This document shows positions 19,941 through 25,697 of a DNA stretch of 25,697 bases, piece after piece. Position 1 is the stretch's first letter. Each line of letters begins with the position of its first letter. The stretch comes from Nitrospinota bacterium (lineage in GTDB: Bacteria; Nitrospinota; Nitrospinia; Nitrospinales; VA-1): NCBI GenBank assembly GCA_009873635.1, contig WAHY01000005.1, forward strand, positions 97,564 to 123,260, in the 5' to 3' direction. The position numbers were made by a program, and so were the translations under genes. The notes below the pieces were generated by a model. That model made no database searches. It was given only the letters and a program-made list of their open reading frames with translations, and was not told the origin of the DNA.

Positions 19941-22194
19941 GTGAATCAGGTTCTAAATTTGTGAACTTCGAAGTGGCTTTGAATTGATATTCAGGATATT
20001 CATATACTGGCATTCGAGGTTCTGTTCTCCCAATAGAATACCCCCAAATACTAGTGTATTCTGAGACATCTTCACCCATTTCTTCAAGATTCTTTAGGTA
20101 TTCACTAATAGATTTGGATTCAATGATAATCACTTTCCCCATTTTATTGATAATGGGGCTGTGTAGTCTATTTGCGTCATGCTCGAATTCCAAAATTCGC
20201 CGGCCATAACGCGTAATTCCAATGACTCTAAATGATAAGCTTTTTCCTATGCCTGGTAAATTGAGGATATTCCGGTCGGTAGATAGAAACGGCAAATTAG
20301 CCGAGCACCTTAACTTCTCTATATTCTTCACCATATTTTCAGCTTCAAGTGAAAATTGGTGGATTTTTGATTTAGTTTTTTCAGGGAGCAGACCAAAAAC
20401 CTTTTCTTCCATTTGTTCTTGAACAGCCCGCGCATTGGTGGCAAAGTTATGTTGGTTCTCCATATATCCTTTTGTGGAAAAAGTGTAGTATCCAAGCACT
20501 CCGATTTTATTCAAGATTTTTCTGAGTTTGGCAGTATGGCCTCTTCGTGAAGATGCCGTGGTCAATACATGTTGGTTGGTTAAAGTCCATCCCGCGGAAA
20601 TAAGTTTTCTGATTCCTTCCCGGGCTTCAGGGGTTACTTCCATCGGGCATTCAAAATGAGTTTGTACGAAGAATTGTGTGATACCGATTTTGGATGCCTT
20701 GGATTTGAATTCGGCCAGAATTTTGACAAGTTTATTGGTGATTCGTTGAGGAATATAGACCGGAAGGCGCGTTCCCAGCCTGACCCGAACGATCTCGGCA
20801 TATTTGTCGCCCTCATTCCTTGATTTATTTGCCTCTTTTTTCCGGGTGGCCATTTGATAAATAGCCTCCAATACCTCATGAAGAGACTTATCCGAACTCA
20901 TCAAGGCATCACCGCCGGTAATTAAAATATCCCGAAGCTGTGAATCGTTTTCAAAATAATCCATCAGACACTTCAGTTTTTCAGGCCAGGTTTTCTTAGG
21001 TTGAAGTTTATTCAAATCAAAATTAAGACGACCACTTTGAAAATCGTACATTCTTTGACAGGATTGGCATAAACCCCCACAGGCTCTGCCTACAGTATCC
21101 GGGATCAAAATAGCGACTTCGGGGTAACGCCTATGAACGTTGTTGTGTGTGGGCAATAACCAACCGGCCGCGTTAGGTTTTCCAGGTTCAACTTTGTCTT
21201 CTTTCTCCCAAGCCACGATATTGCCGAATTCTTCGACAAGTTGTTTGCTATAAATTACATAATCCCTAATGGCCAAATCCGCTCCAATGGCAAAGTATGG
21301 GGCCTTGATATGGAGTAAAGATAAGTAGTAAGGGTTTACAAAAAATGGTACCCCCGCGTTTTTTGCGCTTTTTAAAATTTGCATTGTGTCCGGGTCGAGC
21401 GAGTATCCAAGCATTTCATTCAACAGGCCGGGAGAACGTATGGCAAAGTTGAGATGAAAATGGCTGTCATTCCACCATTTCATTGCGGTTGAATATTTCT
21501 CTTCTGGTGACAGACCTGGTTCAAACTTGAAACTTCTACTGGAAATTTCGCCATTTTCCATTTTGGCAATTATAATTTTAAGTATTCGCTCCTTATTTTC
21601 TTCCCTCAATTGGACGATTCGAGAATCAAGGCCGGAAGGCCATCGATCCATCCACTTCTCAATCATGTTTCTGGTTGGAGGTTGATGAGCCATTTCTCCC
21701 CTCAGTTGCCTGAATAAATAAATCATGTCTTCAAAAAAATAAGGTTTAGCTCCTCCGATCCCATGTCTCGCTGCCAGCCAAACCATCTTGATGGGGTTAT
21801 TGATAGCAATTTCACCTCTTAAATTTAAGTCTTCAAATTCCCTTCCCGCGTTATTGATATAGTCCAGTAACCTTATTGATGCATAATCCGGCCATTTGAT
21901 AGACTCGAACGTTTTTCTATCAACATATTCCTTTTTATAAAAATCTAGTGCTTCAGGGTTTTCTTCAAGAACTCCCATGATCCAGTTTCTAACTTCCTCA
22001 AGCGCTTCAATTTCATTTTTTGTTTTTTTCATTATTTTATCTAAATCGGGATTTTCCTGAAGGAGTTGTTTGAGCAGGTTATGTGATTTGGGATCTATGG
22101 AGATTTTATCCAACTCTTGGTTGCTTGGAGAGATATCATCACATCTTTTCATAGAAATGGTGGTCGTTTGCAACATGGTTTTCCTCGTTTTCAT
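19933..22194 (-). CDS. KamA-family (lysine/amino-acid 2,3-aminomutase-like) radical-SAM protein, unusually large, with about 225 aa of extra N-terminal and about 130 aa of extra C-terminal sequence
   Basis: The 753-aa ORF has a central region that matches hallmark KamA blocks. VPFFVNPYYLSLL corresponds to ITPYYLSLI of clostridial LAM. HRRYPEVAILIPDTVGRACGGLCQSCQRM corresponds to [26 protein letters not shown] and contains the CX3CX2C motif. LRDILITGGDAL corresponds to VRDVLLSGGDAL. The N-terminal ~225 aa and C-terminal ~130 aa match nothing I recognise. The first ATG has no SD. The second Met (residue 7) is preceded by aggaaa, so the true start may be 22176. Confidence 0.8.
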   Translation of the reverse strand: MKTRKTMLQTTTISMKRCDDISPSNQELDKISIDPKSHNLLKQLLQENPDLDKIMKKTKNEIEALEEVRNWIMGVLEENPEALDFYKKEYVDRKTFESIKWPDYASIRLLDYINNAGREFEDLNLRGEIAINNPIKMVWLAARHGIGGAKPYFFEDMIYLFRQLRGEMAHQPPTRNMIEKWMDRWPSGLDSRIVQLREENKERILKIIIAKMENGEISSRSFKFEPGLSPEEKYSTAMKWWNDSHFHLNFAIRSPGLLNEMLGYSLDPDTMQILKSAKNAGVPFFVNPYYLSLLHIKAPYFAIGADLAIRDYVIYSKQLVEEFGNIVAWEKEDKVEPGKPNAAGWLLPTHNNVHRRYPEVAILIPDTVGRACGGLCQSCQRMYDFQSGRLNFDLNKLQPKKTWPEKLKCLMDYFENDSQLRDILITGGDALMSSDKSLHEVLEAIYQMATRKKEANKSRNEGDKYAEIVRVRLGTRLPVYIPQRITNKLVKILAEFKSKASKIGITQFFVQTHFECPMEVTPEAREGIRKLISAGWTLTNQHVLTTASSRRGHTAKLRKILNKIGVLGYYTFSTKGYMENQHNFATNARAVQEQMEEKVFGLLPEKTKSKIHQFSLEAENMVKNIEKLRCSANLPFLSTDRNILNLPGIGKSLSFRVIGITRYGRRILEFEHDANRLHSPIINKMGKVIIIESKSISEYLKNLEEMGEDVSEYTSIWGYSIGRTEPRMPVYEYPEYQFKATSKFTNLEPDSPN

Positions 22195-22503
22195 TTTTAC
22201 GAGGGAGCATGATAGAAAATACCCGCACCCAATTCATCAGGACTATAAAATCTAATAAATTTAAGTGATCAAGAAAAGCGGATATGTAAAACAGGCTTAT
22301 CTATAAGATTATAAAATTTTCATTTTATTCCCTCTCTATAGATAAATATGACCCTGCTTTTAATTCCAATAGAAAAATAATATTTTGAAATTACTCATCC
22401 TCAAAATAAATATTGGTTTGCAATTAATCTTTTAAAAGCTAAGGATAAAATATGAAGAAGGCCAAACCCCATACGGTGGAGGTATGGAGAAATAAACTTT
22501 AAA

Positions 22504-23718
22504 TCAGGCGGTTTTTTTCATGAGGTGGCTGAAAGAGTGATACAACTTTTGCATCGCCAGCGGTGACAGTACCGTCGTGAATGCGATGACGATGACCATG
22601 CCTGCATAAATCTCGTTGCTGAAGATTCCACTTTCTCTACCCAGTTCGGCGAAGATGAGTCCCACCTCACCGCGGGGGACCATGGCAGTGCCAATGATCC
22701 AGCGGATCGGCAACGATTCCTTAATAAACCAGGGGCCGACCAGTTTGCCGACCACTGCCACGATCAAAAGCACCATGGAAAAGACCCAGATGAAAGGAGA
22801 ACTCCAGTCGATCTCGCGCAGGTTTAAGGATATTCCCACAATAACAAAGAAAATCGGCGTGAACAGGTGGATAATGGATTTCATTTCTGTTTCTATGCGC
22901 TCGGCGAAATTAGGGTCTGCATGCAATGCAACACCAAAAGGCAGAAAGAAACGACGGGATAGAGCCAGTCCTGCTGCGAAACCTCCGAGCAACTCCGGTG
23001 CGCCCATAAAGTGAGCCAGCCAGGCGAAGAGTAGGACCAGAGAAACGATGGTTGTGGGAATCAATCCAGGAATTTCGGTGGTCTTGTTGACATGCTTGAT
23101 GACAGAGGACATTAGCTTGGCCGCCATGGGAGCCAGAAAAAAGAAAACCCCCACGAACGATATGACCTTTCCAGTATTGACCAGGGTTACTCCTCCACCA
23201 ATGGAAAACTCGTATAGCAATGCTAGCAGAATGACACCCATCACATCATCCAGAATAGAGGCCCCCAGTATTATCTGGCCTTCATGGGAGTGATGGCGTT
23301 TGAGATCTGTGAGCACCCGGGCGGTGATCCCAATGCTTGTCGCTGTGAGGGTCCCTCCGATAAACAGAGATTCCAGTAATTCGAGATTGAATATCCAATA
23401 TCCTAAGCTGAACCCGAGCAAAAGCGGCACAGCAAATCCACCCAGGGCTACGATTAACGATTTGCGACTCGACCGCGCCAGTTGGTGGAAGTCGCTTCCC
23501 AATCCCACTTCGAATAAAAGCAGGATGATGCCGATCTCAGCCATGAGCCGAATTGCATCAATGGGTTCGACCCAGTCCAGCAGGCTTGGTCCCAGGGCCA
23601 CTCCTGCTAGTAACTCCCCGATGACTGCGGGTCCTTTACACCTGACGGTCAACTCAGCAAAGACGCGTGCCGTCAGAAGGATGGTCAGGAGGATAAGAAA
23701 AAAGTCGTGGACATGCAT
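22504..23718 (-). CDS. Cation:proton antiporter, CPA2 family membrane domain (NapA/KefB-like, no KTN domain)
   Basis: The 404-aa polytopic membrane protein begins ...LILLTILLTARVFAELTVRCKGPAVIGELLAGVALGPSLLDWV...IRLMAEIGIILLLFEVGLG..., which parallels the N-terminus of KefC/KefB and NapA transporters. Confidence 0.8.
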   Translation of the reverse strand: MHVHDFFLILLTILLTARVFAELTVRCKGPAVIGELLAGVALGPSLLDWVEPIDAIRLMAEIGIILLLFEVGLGSDFHQLARSSRKSLIVALGGFAVPLLLGFSLGYWIFNLELLESLFIGGTLTATSIGITARVLTDLKRHHSHEGQIILGASILDDVMGVILLALLYEFSIGGGVTLVNTGKVISFVGVFFFLAPMAAKLMSSVIKHVNKTTEIPGLIPTTIVSLVLLFAWLAHFMGAPELLGGFAAGLALSRRFFLPFGVALHADPNFAERIETEMKSIIHLFTPIFFVIVGISLNLREIDWSSPFIWVFSMVLLIVAVVGKLVGPWFIKESLPIRWIIGTAMVPRGEVGLIFAELGRESGIFSNEIYAGMVIVIAFTTVLSPLAMQKLYHSFSHLMKKTA

Positions 23719-24035
23719 GGATGCTCCGAAATTATTTAAATCGCTACGTTGTAAGACAAGATTATTGTTGAAATTATTTCATAATAATACTCTTTCTTTC
23801 CGCTCAACAGATAAAGCTAAGAACCTAAGAGACTTATAGTCGCCATTTAAGCTCTAGCAAACTTTCTTGAACGTAAGACCCAGCTTTATGAGAAAGTGCT
23901 ACTGTTAGACGCATCGGGCGATACGTCAGGAAGTAGGGAATAATTATTTTTAAATAATATCTTATATAAAGAAGACAAAAATCATCTGTTTGAATATAAC
24001 GTTTTTTTAAAGTTTTTTGTTTAAGGAGGTTTTTT

Positions 24036-24440
24036 ATGAATAGTATTTATGAGCACATGAGTTCGCCTGTCTTATTTATAGGTTCAGAATTAAAGGCGAA
24101 GGATGGAATTGCAAAAATGATTAAAAATAATATTTCTTCCTTACTAGTAAAAAAAAATGGGAAGTATGTCGGTATATTAACAAAAACAGACTGGGTTGAT
24201 ATGGTTATTAAAGAGGTATGTGACCCAAATACAGTGAAGGTGTCGGAAACAATGGTCAATCCAATTATTAAAATTGATATGAATGAAACAATGGCGAAAG
24301 CAAGTAGTCTATTTGAAGAACGTTATATACGTCATTTGGCAGTCACTAGAAACGATGAGATTGTTGGAATATTGTCAGTAAAGGACTTAGAAAAATACTA
24401 TTGTCAACTACACGACAAAGTTGGTATTGCCCATTATTAG
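24036..24440 (+). CDS. CBS-pair domain protein
   Basis: The 134-aa ORF has a strong SD aaggagg. Two CBS-like units are recognisable (...IAKMIKNNISSLLVKKNGKYVGILTKTDWV... and ...ASSLFEERYIRHLAVTRNDEIVGILSVKDL...). It has very AT-rich codon usage, unlike the core genes. Confidence 0.65.
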   Translation: MNSIYEHMSSPVLFIGSELKAKDGIAKMIKNNISSLLVKKNGKYVGILTKTDWVDMVIKEVCDPNTVKVSETMVNPIIKIDMNETMAKASSLFEERYIRHLAVTRNDEIVGILSVKDLEKYYCQLHDKVGIAHY

Positions 24441-24464
24441 GTTTAAGAAATTTAGAGGTGTTTT

Positions 24465-24718
24465 ATGAGTTTTCGATTAATAGGTAAAAATATTGAACTA
24501 ACAGATGGGATAAGAAACCACTTAATTAATAAAATAAGCAAAGTCATGAAAAATACGAAACCAGGTGCTAACTTGCGTTTATCCATTTGTCTACTGAAAA
24601 ATCGCCATATAGTCACGCTATTTTGAAGCAAAATAGAGTGACTATGTTTGCAGTAGATGAGGCTAAAGGCTTTTATACATCTGCGGATAATGTTCTAAAA
24701 AAATTTGAGAAAAATTAA
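24465..24718 (+). pseudogene. hpf: Short ribosome hibernation promoting factor (hpf/yfiA family), interrupted by a frameshift
   Basis: Frame A (24465-24626, stop TGA) encodes MSFRLIGKNIELTDGIRNHLINKISKVMKNTKPGAN..., which matches the HPF N-terminus (compare M.LNI.G.N.EIT.A.R..V..K..KLE). A frame shifted by one nucleotide (open 24572-24718) encodes ...IHLSTEKSPYSHAILKQNRVTMFAVDEAKGFYTSADNVLKKFEKN*, which matches the HPF/YfiA C-terminal half (..VVLKVEK.THTSDATLHV.GGEIHASAEG.DMYAAID.LIDKLARQ). The frames must switch between about 24560 and 24585. An SD agaggtg precedes the start. Confidence 0.7.
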
Positions 24719-24782
24719 AAAACACAAAGCACGTGCTCAAAATATCAAAAGACAATTGCCCAAAAAAATTCAACACTCCTCA

Positions 24783-24861
24783 TTATAGTTTCTTAATGAT
24801 CATCATATCTCATTAAAAAATCTTTATCTGTATGTATTTTATTTTTATAAGATTTTAATGG
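24783..24861. repeat. Copy B of the ~78-nt AT-rich imperfect direct repeat (partner at 19863-19940)
   Basis: See copy A for the alignment. Copy B lies about 65 nt downstream of the hpf-remnant stop, in the convergent gap before the 25159-25620 minus-strand gene. Confidence 0.8.
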
Positions 24862-25158
24862 AAACCCGCCGATCCGAATTTCTATATATTGGCAAGGATG
24901 ATAGTTAAGAAACCGAATGCTCTGTTAGCAATTTAATGCATAGAGTTTTACAGCGGACTTCCTTTAAAATATTAAATAATGTCAGATACTATTTACAGAA
25001 ATTTGTTTGTCGTAGGCTTCTATATGATCATTTAAATATTTAGCAATACCTCCCCGCAATAAGACCATGCATATTGAATGTCAATTGTTTGATATTTTCC
25101 CCGCTTTATTAAATAGTAAGTAGCGAGCTGATTACGTTTGATAGAACTACTGAAAAAA

Positions 25159-25620
25159 TTATTTTGAATTAGGACAACAATCTTCTTGGCAATTAGGGTG
25201 TGGATGATTACCGTTTAGTTCTTTGCTACCATTTGATAAGGAAAAAAAAATAAAAAACAAGTTATAAAACATAATCATTATTGAAACAGCAGTAAGACCT
25301 GAAAATAAAATAAATAAAATTGTATCTCTATAACCCGCTAAAGAAGTACCCACCAAACCTAATAAACCTAAATTATGTAAATAGAAATGGAGTTTGACGC
25401 CATTTGGCCATGGTATTTGACGAGATGCAAAACGGGGAAGCACATGATATGAAACGCCTGCAATCATCATGACCATAAAGCCTAATAAGTTTATGTGTAT
25501 ATGAGCAAAACTAAATTGAGTTTTAATAACTGGGTTAAAACTTATCCCTACACCAAAAGAAACACCGATTATCAAATAAACGAGTGAAGTTTTAATAAAT
25601 AGTTTTGGGTATTGATCCAA
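25159..25620 (-). CDS. Small (153 aa) 4-TM membrane protein with a His/Cys-rich C-terminal tail and a possible heme-copper-oxidase-like helix motif
   Basis: A TTG start is preceded by an aaaggag SD at optimal spacing. There are four hydrophobic helices. The segment FAHIHINLLGFMVMMIAGVSYHVLPRF resembles helix VI of cbb3/NOR-type heme-copper oxidase subunit I (...[23 protein letters not shown]...). The C-terminal tail NGNHPHPNCQEDCCPNSK is rich in His and Cys. It lies in the AT-rich region. Confidence 0.55.
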   Translation of the reverse strand: MDQYPKLFIKTSLVYLIIGVSFGVGISFNPVIKTQFSFAHIHINLLGFMVMMIAGVSYHVLPRFASRQIPWPNGVKLHFYLHNLGLLGLVGTSLAGYRDTILFILFSGLTAVSIMIMFYNLFFIFFSLSNGSKELNGNHPHPNCQEDCCPNSK

Positions 25621-25697
25621 AAGCTACTCCTTTGGTTAATAGTTAACGTAGCTTTGATTTATAATAGTGGCAAATATATTCTTATGAATTAACCTTT

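Noticed and set aside
23300-23839. 179-aa plus-strand ORF overlapping the antiporter gene, and 22616-23014 and 23048-23293 likewise
   Set aside because: They are antisense shadows of the well-supported CPA2 antiporter CDS. Their products are Pro/Ser/Arg-rich low-complexity sequence typical of reverse-frame artefacts.
24728-24737. Perfect 10-bp palindrome AGCACGTGCT just after the hpf remnant (compare GAAAGCTTTC after atpE)
   Set aside because: It is too short for a stable terminator hairpin, since the loop would be fewer than 3 nt. A single 10-bp palindrome is not unexpected in 25 kb, so it is noted only.
19863-24861. Interpreting the two direct repeats as att sites of an integrated prophage or integrative element
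   Set aside because: No integrase, recombinase, transposase, tRNA target or phage-like genes occur between or next to them. The enclosed genes have heterogeneous composition. The repeats are reported as repeats only.

Overview
This is a 25.7-kb bacterial chromosomal segment with moderate GC, apparently Gram-negative: a sec signal peptide on a c-type cytochrome peroxidase, and several ATGA stop/start overlaps.

The core is housekeeping. On the minus strand, a conserved block runs holB – PSP1/RicT-like – metG – TatD hydrolase fused to a radical-SAM domain, then a DUF423 membrane protein. On the plus strand there is a complete F1Fo ATP synthase operon, atpZ-like then atpB-E-F-H-A-G-D-C, preceded by an orphan 2x[4Fe-4S] ferredoxin-like gene. 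The left end carries an envelope and oxidative protein-repair cluster: a secreted hypothetical protein, ppiC, msrA and a di-haem cytochrome c peroxidase. Beside it sits a stomatin-like SPFH gene in tandem with a very large, N-terminally membrane-anchored coiled-coil protein that runs off the window edge.

The right third, about 19.8 kb to the end, looks accessory. Its main component is a 753-aa KamA-family (2,3-aminomutase-like) radical-SAM protein with large extra N- and C-terminal regions. It also holds a CPA2-type cation:proton antiporter and a strongly AT-rich stretch from about 23.7 kb to the end. That stretch contains a CBS-pair protein, a frameshifted short hpf (ribosome hibernation factor) and a small His/Cys-rich membrane protein with a motif resembling helix VI of a heme-copper oxidase. 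Two roughly 78-nt imperfect direct repeats, at 19863-19940 and 24783-24861, bracket most of this segment.

I found no tRNA, rRNA, CRISPR array, integrase or transposase. The candidates for something undescribed are the oversized KamA-like enzyme with its flanking repeats, the TatD–radical-SAM fusion and the AT-rich right-end cluster. All are unproven without database searches.
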